Source: a virus. From it: a stretch of 38,964 nucleotides of DNA. The notes beneath the pieces are model-generated. The model was not told the origin of the DNA, made no database searches, and saw nothing but the letters and a program-made list of their open reading frames with translations. The stretch lies in the UHGV virus genome UHGV-0287902; one strand, given 5' to 3'. The number at the start of each line of letters is the position of its first letter. Position 1 is the stretch's first letter. Position numbers and translations under genes: made by a program. Of the stretch, positions 18,249 through 28,064 are shown piece after piece.

Positions 18249-18425
18249 TGGTTTAAGGTATGCAAACGTATTACCTTACCCCCTTCAGGCGCGTGTCGTG
18301 ATTTTCTAACCTGTATTTAACGGGCTTTAAAATCTGCGTGAAGCGCCTTTCTCATTCCCCCCCTGTCAGCACTTTCTGAAGTCCCGCAAAACCAGCCCCA
18401 AAAATACCCGGCTTATGCTGCCGGT

Positions 18426-19559
18426 ATGAAGACAGAAAATCACCCAAAAGACGCAAATCGCCCCTCCGGTTTAGCCGTGCTTTCAGCTTCGCTGACTGCA
18501 TCCGGCGACGGATGGTGTCAGTTACTGCCAGCCGGTCGGGTAAAGGCCCGTGACGGTCGCCCGGAAAAACCGACTGAAGGCTGGCTGATTAACGAATCCG
18601 CCTGTAACCGGATGAAAGCCGGGCTTTCCGCCCTGCATCAGCCGTTACTGATTGATTATGACCATCACTCCGTGAATGCGCAGAAAAACGGATTCAAGGC
18701 TATTGCTGCAGGATGGGTTAAGCCGGAAAACATCGAATGGCGTGAGGGTCAGGGGATTTTCATTAAACCTGAATGGACACCACAGGCACAAAAACATATT
18801 GATGACCGTGAATATGCCTATCTGTCTGCATATATGCATTATTTCGCTGACACCGGGGAACCCTACCTGTTGCGCATGGCTTCCCTGACGAATGATCCGG
18901 GTATTACGGGTATGAACCCTGTCGCGGCACTCAGTGCTGATGATCTCTATGTCGTTTCCCCTTCTCAGGAGCAATCCCCCATGAATGAGCAATTACGCCA
19001 GTTGCTGACGGCGCTCGGTCTGACCGTGGCTGACGGTGACGAATTTACACCGGAACTGGGCACGGCGGCGCTGTCTGCCCTTACCGGGATCAAAACCCGT
19101 GCGGATGCGCACGACACCCTGAAAACGCAGGTTGCCAGCCTGTCGGCAGAACTGGAAACCGCAAAAGGCACACCAACTGGCGGCACTATTGATCTGACGA
19201 AATATGTGCCCGTTGAGACGTATAACGCCCTGCGTACCGAATATGCCGCGCTGTCGGCACAACACGGCAGCACCACGCTGGAGCAGTTGCTGGATAAGGC
19301 CGAGTCCGAAGGACGCATTTTCAAAAGCGAACGCGGATACATGGAAGGACTCGGACAACAGATTGGCGTCGCGGCACTTTCTGCACAGCTTGACGCCCGC
19401 CAGCCGGTTGCGGCTCTGACCACTCTTCAGACCGACACCGTAACCGTGCCGGATAAAAAGACCGCCACCGCTGTGCTGTCGGCTGAAGATATCGCCGCCG
19501 CACGTCTGTTGGGTAAAACCGAAGCCGAGTTCCTGAAAATGAAAGAGGAAATGCAATAA
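18426..19559 (+). CDS. I: head maturation protease / scaffold (Mu I/Z-like)
   Basis: 377 aa; precedes major capsid gene; follows 177-bp non-coding gap. Confidence 0.85.
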   Translation: MKTENHPKDANRPSGLAVLSASLTASGDGWCQLLPAGRVKARDGRPEKPTEGWLINESACNRMKAGLSALHQPLLIDYDHHSVNAQKNGFKAIAAGWVKPENIEWREGQGIFIKPEWTPQAQKHIDDREYAYLSAYMHYFADTGEPYLLRMASLTNDPGITGMNPVAALSADDLYVVSPSQEQSPMNEQLRQLLTALGLTVADGDEFTPELGTAALSALTGIKTRADAHDTLKTQVASLSAELETAKGTPTGGTIDLTKYVPVETYNALRTEYAALSAQHGSTTLEQLLDKAESEGRIFKSERGYMEGLGQQIGVAALSAQLDARQPVAALTTLQTDTVTVPDKKTATAVLSAEDIAAARLLGKTEAEFLKMKEEMQ

Positions 19560-20506
19560 TGCCTACCCCGATTACACCGGCGATGATCACCGCCCTGATG
19601 ACGGGCTACCGTTCTGATTTTCAGGCCGGGATGTCCATGGCTCCGTCGCAGTACCAGAAAATTGCGATGACCGTGCCGTCCACCTCGAAATCCAACACCT
19701 ACGGCTGGCTGGGGCAGTTCCCGCAGTTCCGTGAGTGGATCGGCTCCCGCGTCATCGAGAAGATGAAAGCCTATGGCTACGCCATCGTGAACAAAACCTT
19801 TGAAGGCACCGTTGCCATTAGCCGCGATGACTTTGAAGACGACAATCTCGGCATCTACTCCCCGTTATTCCAGGAAATGGGTCGTGCCGCTGCGGCACAA
19901 CCGGATGAACTGGTCTTTGCTGCACTGCGTGATGGTCTGAATGCGGCCTGCTATGACGGCCAGAACTTCTTTGATACCGAACACCCTGTTTACCCCAAAG
20001 TGGATGGCTCCGGTGATGCACAGATGGTCAGCAATATGTTTGTGGCAAAAACCGGCTCTGTCGGTGCACAGGCGGATTACAGCGGCCCGGCCTGGTATCT
20101 GCTTGACTGCTCCCGCGCGGTAAAACCGCTGATTTATCAGGATCGCCGCAAAGCCGAACTGGTTGCCCAGACAAAAGTCGATGAAGGCCGTGCGTTTACT
20201 GATAACGAGTTTGTGTTCGGTGCTTCCGCCCGTCGCAATGTGGGCTACGGCTTCTGGCAGATGGCCTACATGATGCAGTCACCGCTGACGCTGGATGCGC
20301 TGTGGCACGGCTGGTCAGCCATGCGTGACTTTAAGGCTGACGGTGGCCGCAAACTCGGCATCAAACCCACCCATATTGTTGTCCCCACCTCGCTGGAAAA
20401 ACAGGCGGTGCAGCTGCTGGAGCGCGAGCTGTTCGCAGACGGTAACGCCACAGTCTCTAACGAGATGAAGGGCAAGCTGGAGCTGGTTGTCGCGGATTAT
20501 CTGTAA
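19559..20506 (+). CDS. T: major head subunit (Mu T-like)
   Basis: 315 aa; start overlaps I stop; stem-loop follows. Confidence 0.9.
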   Translation: MPTPITPAMITALMTGYRSDFQAGMSMAPSQYQKIAMTVPSTSKSNTYGWLGQFPQFREWIGSRVIEKMKAYGYAIVNKTFEGTVAISRDDFEDDNLGIYSPLFQEMGRAAAAQPDELVFAALRDGLNAACYDGQNFFDTEHPVYPKVDGSGDAQMVSNMFVAKTGSVGAQADYSGPAWYLLDCSRAVKPLIYQDRRKAELVAQTKVDEGRAFTDNEFVFGASARRNVGYGFWQMAYMMQSPLTLDALWHGWSAMRDFKADGGRKLGIKPTHIVVPTSLEKQAVQLLERELFADGNATVSNEMKGKLELVVADYL

Positions 20507-20549
20507 ACGGTGAGCCGGGCTTACGGCCCGGCCCCTGCGGAGGGCAAAT

Positions 20550-20909
20550 ATGAATGAACATCACACTGTGGCAGCAACAGATGATTCAGGCCTTCAGGTC
20601 AGTGGTGACAGTCCTGTCACGGTACTGGCAGAAGTGCGTTGCAGTCGTACGCATTTTCGTCGTGCGGGGTTCCTGTTCATGCGGGGACGCCAGCAGGTTG
20701 ACGTCACCCCGGAGCAGCTTGCCCGACTGGAAGCGGAGCCATGCCTCACTGTACGAATACTACAGACGCCTGGTGATGATGCGGGAGCCGTGGCGGGTGT
20801 GGTTCATGCAGAGACCGGTGCAGATTTAGCCGAAGCCGAAACCGTACAGGATGCTCCCCGGAAAAAGACCGGCAATAACGCCAGACAGGCGAAAAAGGCG
20901 CGCGCATGA
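20550..20909 (+). CDS. hypothetical head-module protein
   Basis: 119 aa; GGAGGG RBS. Confidence 0.65.
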   Translation: MNEHHTVAATDDSGLQVSGDSPVTVLAEVRCSRTHFRRAGFLFMRGRQQVDVTPEQLARLEAEPCLTVRILQTPGDDAGAVAGVVHAETGADLAEAETVQDAPRKKTGNNARQAKKARA

Positions 20910-21325
20910 ATTACGCCACCGAAACCGATATGCGGGCACGTTACCGCGAGGATTTGCTCAGGCCATTACTGGCCGTGCCCCGTTCGGATGAACCGGACAC
21001 GCGCAAGCTGAACCGGGCACTGACGGACGCGTCTGCCCTTATCGACAGCTATCTGTCTTCCCGTTACACGCTGCCGCTGGCGGTGGTTCCGGCGGTCCTT
21101 GTTCAGCATTGCTGCACGATTGCCTTTTATTACCTGTGCGATCAGCGGGCATCCGATCAGGCGCGTGACCGTTACCGTGAGGCGCTGGCCTGGCTGAAAG
21201 ATGTCATGAACGGTAACGTGCCGGTCGGCGTGGATACAGACGGTGCGGCCCCTGAATCCGGGGATTTACCGCAGGTGCAGTCTGATGCGGCGGTGTTCGG
21301 GCGCAACCAGAAGGGCTTTATATGA
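20906..21325 (+). CDS. Mu gp36-like head-tail protein
   Basis: 139 aa, overlapping starts, synteny. Confidence 0.75.
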   Translation: MNYATETDMRARYREDLLRPLLAVPRSDEPDTRKLNRALTDASALIDSYLSSRYTLPLAVVPAVLVQHCCTIAFYYLCDQRASDQARDRYREALAWLKDVMNGNVPVGVDTDGAAPESGDLPQVQSDAAVFGRNQKGFI

Positions 21326-21885
21326 TTACGGAAACCGAGCAGGCGTACATCGCCCGTATCCGTGAGTATTTCGGGAATGAACTGGTGTCTGTTGACACAC
21401 ATCCCGGCGACTGGAGCGACAGCGTACTGCGCACCATGCTGATTAACGCCCCGGCTATCTATGTTGCCTGGCTGGGTGCCGGTGAAGGGCGTACCCGTGG
21501 GCGTCTGGTCAGTCACTGGGTGTTCTACGTCATCGGCGACATGCTCAATGGCCGTGAGGTCAGCCGTCCCGGGCTTTATCAGATTGTGGCCCGCCTGATT
21601 ACCGTGCTGGACGGCTTCAGAGCAGAAAAAACCTCACCGCTTTACTTTGAAAAGGCGGTCAACGGTTACACCGAAACGCAGGCAGGCAGCGGTGCCGTGA
21701 TGTACGCCCTGTATTTCTCATGCGAGGAAATGATCGACCCGCTGACGGATATCAGCTCGCTGGATGATTTCCTGCGCCATTACGAAACCTTTACCGAACC
21801 GGAAGGCACGCCGGAATTTAAGGCACACATCCGTCTGCCTAGTGCAACTGCCGCCGGTGAAAACGCCGGACTGTCAGAGGAATAA
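21322..21885 (+). CDS. Mu gp37-like protein
   Basis: 187 aa, synteny. Confidence 0.75.
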   Translation: MITETEQAYIARIREYFGNELVSVDTHPGDWSDSVLRTMLINAPAIYVAWLGAGEGRTRGRLVSHWVFYVIGDMLNGREVSRPGLYQIVARLITVLDGFRAEKTSPLYFEKAVNGYTETQAGSGAVMYALYFSCEEMIDPLTDISSLDDFLRHYETFTEPEGTPEFKAHIRLPSATAAGENAGLSEE

Positions 21886-21888
21886 CAG

Positions 21889-22167
21889 ATGACAACCATT
21901 TTTATTAAACCTGCGCCGGGATGCCTGATCCGCGATCCCGACACGATGACTCCGCTCTCTCAGGACGGGGAAGAGAAACCCTTCACTCCGTTCTGGTGCC
22001 GCCGTCTTAATGATGGCGACGTCATTGTGGTGGATAAAACGGCGGAGCCTGCCCCGGCTGCCACAACTGCTAATACCGGCGCGGCGGCAAAACCAGCGGG
22101 AGCGGTAGCAGAAAAAACTGCGGCGGTGGCTGAAAAAACCGCAGCATCAGATAAGGGGACGTCCTGA
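21889..22167 (+). CDS. Mu gp38-like protein
   Basis: 92 aa, Ala-rich C-terminus, synteny. Confidence 0.6.
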   Translation: MTTIFIKPAPGCLIRDPDTMTPLSQDGEEKPFTPFWCRRLNDGDVIVVDKTAEPAPAATTANTGAAAKPAGAVAEKTAAVAEKTAASDKGTS

Positions 22168-23669
22168 TGATTAACTTTGATTATATCGGCGATAACAATC
22201 GCATTCCGCTGGTACAGATTGAAATCAATAATTCAATGGCCGTGACCGGCACTCCACCACAGCGTCAGGCGGTACTGTTGTTTGGTCAGGCTGCAATGAA
22301 AGACACTACCATTCAGGGGCGCGGTCAGCTTGATGTACCAGTACGTATTACCCGAGCTTCACAAGCAAGAGAACTCTGGGGGCGAGGTTCCATGATTGCA
22401 CTGATGGTAGAGGAATTTATCGCCATTAACCCTGACACAGAGTTATATGCCATTGCACAGGGGGCTGGAACAGGTCAGTCCAGGGCATGCGTGATGAATA
22501 TCATTGGAACAGCATTGGCAGACGGGGTGTTAAGTGTTTACATCGGCGGTCGCCGTTACCTCCTGCCCGTCAGTAAGGGGAAAAAAGGTAAAGAGCTTGT
22601 GGAAGAGCTGGCTAAGGTCATTAACGCTGACACTGATGCGCCATTCACTGCTATCGCAGCTGAAGTCAGTGGTGATAATGCTGAAGGACTTAAAGGCAGC
22701 ATGGGGGTTAACGCCCGCTTTATCGGTGAATGCTCAGCTCATGATTTACGGGTGAACTATTATGACGGTGAAACTACACCGGCCGGTCTTACGCTGGAGC
22801 TCGTCGCGCCAACACAGAAGGCAATAAACCCCGATATCACCCGTAGCGTCTCAGGGATGGGGAATCGTCAGTACAACTACATCGTCATGCCCTATAAGGA
22901 TGCGGCAAATCTCAAAATTCTGGCGGATGAACTGCTGAAACGCTGGGGACCGGTAAAAATGTCGGACGGTATGGTCTGGATGGCGCATACCGGCACCTTC
23001 GGTACGGCAACCAGTTTTGGTGAATCCCGTAATGACTTCCTGTTTACCTGCACTTCTATTCCTAAAGCACCAGAGCCGGATTATGTCTGGGCTGCCTCCA
23101 TTTGTGCGGTCTGTGCGCCCTCCCTGTCAACGGATCCGGCCCGACCATTACAGACACTGGCGCTGCCTGCCCGTATGGCACCTGAAGCACCGGATCGTCT
23201 GACGCGGGAAGAGCGAAACAGCCTGCTTTATACCGGCATGTCCACGGTGACCGTCGCGGCCGCGGATGTGGTGCAGATTGAACGTCAGGTGACGATGTAC
23301 CGTCAGAATGCATACGGCGAAATCGATCCCAGCTATCTGGATGTGGAAACCATCTACACCCTGTCATATCTGCGTTATTCCCTGCGCACCTTTATCACGC
23401 AGCGTTTTCCGCGCCATAAACTGGCTGATGACGGGACGCCCGTTCGTGCCGGTCAGAATATCGTGACACCGGAGATCATGAAACTTCAGTTAATTTCGCT
23501 GGGGGAAGAATGGGTGGATCTGGGACTGGTCGAAAATCTGGACACCTTTAAAAAGAATCTGCTCGTGGAGCGCAACACAAAAGACCGTAACCGTCTGGAT
23601 GTGATGTGTACACCGGATCTGGTTAACCAGTTCCGCTTCATGGCCGCGCAGATCCGTTTCATTTTGTGA
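22167..23669 (+). CDS. L: tail sheath protein (Mu L-like)
   Basis: 500 aa, precedes tube gene. Confidence 0.9.
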   Translation: MINFDYIGDNNRIPLVQIEINNSMAVTGTPPQRQAVLLFGQAAMKDTTIQGRGQLDVPVRITRASQARELWGRGSMIALMVEEFIAINPDTELYAIAQGAGTGQSRACVMNIIGTALADGVLSVYIGGRRYLLPVSKGKKGKELVEELAKVINADTDAPFTAIAAEVSGDNAEGLKGSMGVNARFIGECSAHDLRVNYYDGETTPAGLTLELVAPTQKAINPDITRSVSGMGNRQYNYIVMPYKDAANLKILADELLKRWGPVKMSDGMVWMAHTGTFGTATSFGESRNDFLFTCTSIPKAPEPDYVWAASICAVCAPSLSTDPARPLQTLALPARMAPEAPDRLTREERNSLLYTGMSTVTVAAADVVQIERQVTMYRQNAYGEIDPSYLDVETIYTLSYLRYSLRTFITQRFPRHKLADDGTPVRAGQNIVTPEIMKLQLISLGEEWVDLGLVENLDTFKKNLLVERNTKDRNRLDVMCTPDLVNQFRFMAAQIRFIL

Positions 23670-23677
23670 GGTAAGGC

Positions 23678-24043
23678 ATGAGCGGAAAACAGTATCAGGG
23701 CACGGCCACCATCCGTGTGAACGGGCAGGAGTACGACACCCTTGAGGGGGCCACGTTCTCCCCGTCCGGCTTTGAGCGTGAAGTGGTGAAAGGCGCGAAA
23801 GTTTACGGCTATCGCGAGAAACCCCGTGAGGCGACGCTGGACTGTAAATTCCCGGCGGGCGGAGAAGGTTCACCGGCTGCCGATGAAATCAACACCTGGA
23901 CTGCGGTCACGATTGAGTTCGTGGCCGATACCGGTGAAGTCCACATGATGACGAAGGCCTGGAGCAGTGAACCGGCCTCGCTTGACGGTGGTGGTGATAT
24001 CTCCGCGAAGTTCGCCAGCGCCACCAGTACCCGTGTCCAGTAA
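23678..24043 (+). CDS. M: tail tube protein (Mu M-like)
   Basis: 121 aa, synteny. Confidence 0.85.
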   Translation: MSGKQYQGTATIRVNGQEYDTLEGATFSPSGFEREVVKGAKVYGYREKPREATLDCKFPAGGEGSPAADEINTWTAVTIEFVADTGEVHMMTKAWSSEPASLDGGGDISAKFASATSTRVQ

Positions 24044-24057
24044 TCAGGAAAAATGTA

Positions 24058-24534
24058 ATGAGCACACGTAAGAAAAAAACGGCGGTTTCTGACGAGGCCG
24101 TGATGGAGGCTATCCGGGATGCACTTGAAGACGGCGATCCCCGCACCGCCGGGCTGGCTGAACAACTGGCGAACGGCTATGTGGATCTGCTCGACGGTCT
24201 GCCGTTCGGGGAATCCCGTGAATACCGCGTCACCTTCCGCGAACTGACGGCAAAAGACAGCATTGATGCGGAGAGCGAGGCCGAGCGTCTTATGGAAACC
24301 CGAAACGGTCCGGTTCTTGTGGCCTCACCGGCACTGCGCGGCATTGCGCTGCTGCGCCGTCAGATTGCCGCTGTCGGCCAGATTGAGGGGCCATTGTCTC
24401 CGCGTCAGATAGGACAGCTCAGCGAGCGCGATCTCTCCCGACTGATGGCGGCAGTAAGCCTGCTTGATTCCGCGATGGCCGGAAAGCTGGTCGCTGAACG
24501 GGGGCGACCAGATGCAGTGCCGGGATCAGATTGA
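24058..24534 (+). CDS. tail assembly chaperone (Mu gp41-like)
   Basis: 158 aa, directly upstream of tape measure. Confidence 0.7.
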   Translation: MSTRKKKTAVSDEAVMEAIRDALEDGDPRTAGLAEQLANGYVDLLDGLPFGESREYRVTFRELTAKDSIDAESEAERLMETRNGPVLVASPALRGIALLRRQIAAVGQIEGPLSPRQIGQLSERDLSRLMAAVSLLDSAMAGKLVAERGRPDAVPGSD

Positions 24535-24658
24535 AGAAGCCGCAATTGTGCTGGGGATGGTGACAAAAAGCGGCCCGGAGTGGGCGCTTAACCTCCCCTT
24601 ATCGCAGCTTTACCGGCACTGCCGACAGACCGAAAAAATTCTCAGAACGAAGCAGTAA
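24512..24658 (+). CDS. small ORF overlapping chaperone 3' end
   Basis: ATG 24512 with GGGGG RBS, in +1 frame relative to chaperone, ends 3 nt before TMP start. Confidence 0.35.
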   Translation: MQCRDQIEEAAIVLGMVTKSGPEWALNLPLSQLYRHCRQTEKILRTKQ

Positions 24659-24661
24659 CCC

Positions 24662-26719
24662 ATGGCAAAAAACCTGAAAGCCTCCCTGATTGTCGATTTA
24701 CTCGGCAATATTTCTGCCAAATCCCGCCAGTGGTCACAGGAGCTGGGGGCATTCTCCCGTTCCGGCAGGACGGGGCTGGGTGGTCTTGGAAATGCAGCAC
24801 GTCGTGCCGGTCAGGAGACAGAACTTGTCGGCTCCCGTATGCAGCGAACGCTTGCCGGTGTTCGTGGCAGTATCCGCACGGTGACATCAGATTTTGACCG
24901 CCTTCAGGGCAGCATTACCGGCACCATCGGGCGGATAAGCAACCTTTACGGGATGCTGGCGGGAGGGGCTGCGGTCTACGGGTTTAATAAAGCCTTTATC
25001 CGCCCGGCCGCAGAGATGGAGAACTATATTCTGCGTCTCAACGCCATTAATCATGGCGATACGGCAAAAACGGAAGCAGTGAAAGCCTGGGCGGTACAGA
25101 ACGCCAAAGACACCACCTGGGGGCTGGCGGGGGTTATGCAGGAATACGCCTCCAGTCGCGGGTTCGGTATGAGTGACAGGGAAGCCCGTCGCTTTATTAC
25201 CATGCTTCAGGATCAGGGCGGCTATCACGGCTGGTCACTGTCAGATGCACAGGGTGCGTCCCTGCAACTCAAACAGATGTTTGCCCGCCAGAGTATCCAG
25301 GCAGCGGACGCCAATATTCTGACCGGATACGGGATTAACGTTTACCAGTTGCTGGCCGATAAGCTGGGTGTAAACCAGAAGATCATCCGTGAGAAAGGCG
25401 AGAAAGGAAAACTGGGACCGGACAGCATTCGCCTGTTATTTCAGGTGATGGCCGAACAAGCAAAAGGTGCCCAGAAAAACGCCATGAATTCCTGGACGGG
25501 AATGACGTCCATGATGGGCGATGTCTGGGACGGATTTGCCCGCGAGGTGATGGCAAAGGGACCGTTTGACAGCCTGAAAAAGAGCCTGAAAGGCTTTCTG
25601 GATTATGCTGATGCGGCACAGAAAAGCGGCTTACAGGATAAGCTGGCCACACAGACGGCCTCAGCCCTGAATCAGGGATTTGAGTATGCCAGAGACGCTG
25701 CGACCGGCTTTTACCGGGTCATTCAGAAAGTCAGGGAAACGCTTCAGGCACTGCGCGACGCCGGTTATGGCGATGCGCTGGATCGCATTGGTCAGGGTGC
25801 GCAGACCGCCGCAAAGTACCTGATGTATATGTATCTCGCCTCCCGTGCGCTGAAGGTGCTCAGGTTTGCGGGGACGGGGGCATTACGTCTCGGCGCAACC
25901 CCCTTACGCTATGGCATGGCGATGACCTCCGTGCTGACGTCGCCCTTCCGCAAACCGCAGACCACTGTACCGGGAACGCAGCCCGGACGCGCTGGCCGGT
26001 TCCTGAATTTCCTTACCGGGGTAAATCCGGCTGCCGTTCAGCCCGTGCTGGTCACCAACTGGCCTGCGGGTGGCCTGGCCTCAGGTGGCGGGGATGTGGT
26101 GGTCAGCGGTGACGGCAAAACCGTGCGCGGCCGTAAAAAACGCGGCCCCGGACGTGGACGGGGTGTCACGACCGTCGTGACTGCCGGTGAGCAACTGGCG
26201 GAGAGTGCCGGTAAACAGGGCTTCTTCGGTCGTATGATGAGCCGTGCCGGTGGTCTGCTAACGGCGGCCGGAAACCGCATGGGGCTGGGGCGTTTTGCCG
26301 GGCTGTTCCGTGGTGCCGGTCGGCTGGGTGGTGGTGCCCTGTGGGCCGGTGCCATGGCGGCTCCTGTACTGCTGGACAGCAGCGCCAGTGCAGCCGATAA
26401 AGCCGGTGCCGTGGGTTCCCTTGCCGGAAGTATCGCCGGTGGCGCGCTGGGGGCGGCAGCTGGTCCGGTCGGGGTTGCCATTGGTTCCACGGTGGGCAGC
26501 TATCTCGGTGATTATCTGGGGGGCTGGCTGACGCAGGCCTGGCAGAAACTGCGTGGCGGCAGTGACGAAAACGGCGGACAGGCCACCGCGAAAACCGCCG
26601 CACGGGTGGAGCTTGTGGCCCCTGAAGGCTGGCGGGCGCGCAGTATTGATGTGGATGATACCGCACAGCATGGCCTGGATGTGAACGTCTGGAACGGAGG
26701 GAACTATGGCCTCTACTGA
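24662..26719 (+). CDS. tail tape measure protein
   Basis: 685 aa, Gly/Ala-rich C-terminal region. Confidence 0.9.
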   Translation: MAKNLKASLIVDLLGNISAKSRQWSQELGAFSRSGRTGLGGLGNAARRAGQETELVGSRMQRTLAGVRGSIRTVTSDFDRLQGSITGTIGRISNLYGMLAGGAAVYGFNKAFIRPAAEMENYILRLNAINHGDTAKTEAVKAWAVQNAKDTTWGLAGVMQEYASSRGFGMSDREARRFITMLQDQGGYHGWSLSDAQGASLQLKQMFARQSIQAADANILTGYGINVYQLLADKLGVNQKIIREKGEKGKLGPDSIRLLFQVMAEQAKGAQKNAMNSWTGMTSMMGDVWDGFAREVMAKGPFDSLKKSLKGFLDYADAAQKSGLQDKLATQTASALNQGFEYARDAATGFYRVIQKVRETLQALRDAGYGDALDRIGQGAQTAAKYLMYMYLASRALKVLRFAGTGALRLGATPLRYGMAMTSVLTSPFRKPQTTVPGTQPGRAGRFLNFLTGVNPAAVQPVLVTNWPAGGLASGGGDVVVSGDGKTVRGRKKRGPGRGRGVTTVVTAGEQLAESAGKQGFFGRMMSRAGGLLTAAGNRMGLGRFAGLFRGAGRLGGGALWAGAMAAPVLLDSSASAADKAGAVGSLAGSIAGGALGAAAGPVGVAIGSTVGSYLGDYLGGWLTQAWQKLRGGSDENGGQATAKTAARVELVAPEGWRARSIDVDDTAQHGLDVNVWNGGNYGLY

Positions 26720-28064
26720 CACGCCGGGGCGTGGCTCCTTTCGTGGCGTACCGTTCCTGGTTTATCAGGAGCAGCGGGAACGGGGCGGACGTAACATTGT
26801 GCGCCGTGAATACCCACTGCGTGAAAGCGGCGGTGCGGATGATCTGGGGCCAAAACTCCCGGAGTTCACATTCACGGTTCTGGTGACCGGAGACGATCTT
26901 CAGACACAGCGAAGCCGCCTGCGTGATGCGCTGCGTGCACCCGGTGCCGGTGAACTGATGCACCCGGATTACGGCACGTTAAACGTGCTGATAAACAGCT
27001 TTGAAAGCCGTTATAACGCCAGCGAGCAGGGAACGGTTGAGTTCACGATCAACGTGATCCCCGCCAGTGACGATACCGCCCCTGCGGTGGCAGAAGATAC
27101 GGCAGCTGCGCTGGAGCAGAAAAGCGGCTCAGCAATGAATCAGCTGTTTAACACGCTTTCAGACGGCTGGACGGTGATTTCAGACGGTCTGCATGATGTA
27201 CAGGCCATGACCGACACCATCAGCGATAAGATTGATGCACTGGAGAATGCCGTTTCGGGGATGGGGATTGTGCAGGATATCAGTGCCTTTACGGCCAGTT
27301 TTACTGCCCTGAAAGGCAATGCCGCCGCCCTGATTAATGCGCCCCGTCGCATGGCTGAATCGCTGGCCGGAATGTTTGCCGTGCTGACCGGGCTGCCCGG
27401 CGATCCTTCCCTGTCTCTGACCGGAAAAGCCGGAACGCCGTCCGGCAGCCTGACCACAAACCGTGACAGCATAGCAGAGCAGGCCATGCCGCAGCTGTAC
27501 CGCACACTTTCCTCCCTGCGTTACACCCTCAGCGAACAGGATGATCCACAGCGCCTGATTGGTCTGACGCCTGCGGCACAGAACAATATCCGTCTGCTGC
27601 GGAGCGTCATGCAGAGTGCAGCCCTGGTGTCGCAGGCGCAGACGGTCGGAAAACTGCTGGATCAGGTCATCCGGCAGAATACGACGCACGTTCAGGATAC
27701 TGACCGTGCGGGCGGACTGGCCTGGCTGGAAAGTTCTGCTGATGTGCAGCGTATCAACCGGGATTTGAGCGATGCCATGGAACAACAGGTGCTGGATCTG
27801 TCCGCACAGGGCCATACCGGCACCGCCCTTGCATTACGTGATGCAGGGCTTGCGCTGACAGAAGATTTAACCACGCGGAGCGTGCATCTTCCCGGTGCTT
27901 TTCAGGTCATGGTGCGAACCACCGAACCGGCACTGGTCACGCTGTACCGTGCCACCGGTAACAGCCGCCGCTGGCAGTATTTTGTCCGCAGAAACAATAT
28001 CCCCGATCCGGTTTTTGTTCCGGGTGGCCGCCGCGTGGAGGTGATCAGTGAGCAGCAGGATTGA
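26706..28064 (+). CDS. N: DNA circulation protein (Mu N-like)
   Basis: 452 aa, synteny. Confidence 0.8.
   Translation: MASTDTPGRGSFRGVPFLVYQEQRERGGRNIVRREYPLRESGGADDLGPKLPEFTFTVLVTGDDLQTQRSRLRDALRAPGAGELMHPDYGTLNVLINSFESRYNASEQGTVEFTINVIPASDDTAPAVAEDTAAALEQKSGSAMNQLFNTLSDGWTVISDGLHDVQAMTDTISDKIDALENAVSGMGIVQDISAFTASFTALKGNAAALINAPRRMAESLAGMFAVLTGLPGDPSLSLTGKAGTPSGSLTTNRDSIAEQAMPQLYRTLSSLRYTLSEQDDPQRLIGLTPAAQNNIRLLRSVMQSAALVSQAQTVGKLLDQVIRQNTTHVQDTDRAGGLAWLESSADVQRINRDLSDAMEQQVLDLSAQGHTGTALALRDAGLALTEDLTTRSVHLPGAFQVMVRTTEPALVTLYRATGNSRRWQYFVRRNNIPDPVFVPGGRRVEVISEQQD

Noticed and set aside
18076-18309. 77-aa + ORF overlapping the 3' end of G
   Set aside because: Alternative frame inside and beyond G, no RBS, runs into the non-coding region upstream of I.
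24464-24658. Programmed -1 frameshift extension of the tail chaperone
   Set aside because: Overlapping ORF is in the +1 frame and I found no slippery heptamer; reported only as a low-confidence overlapping ORF.
26166-26963. 265-aa minus-strand ORF, with other long minus ORFs at 26038-26490 and 26258-26722
   Set aside because: Antisense to the tape measure gene in a GC-rich repetitive region; Arg/Pro/Ser-rich low-complexity translation; typical shadow ORFs.
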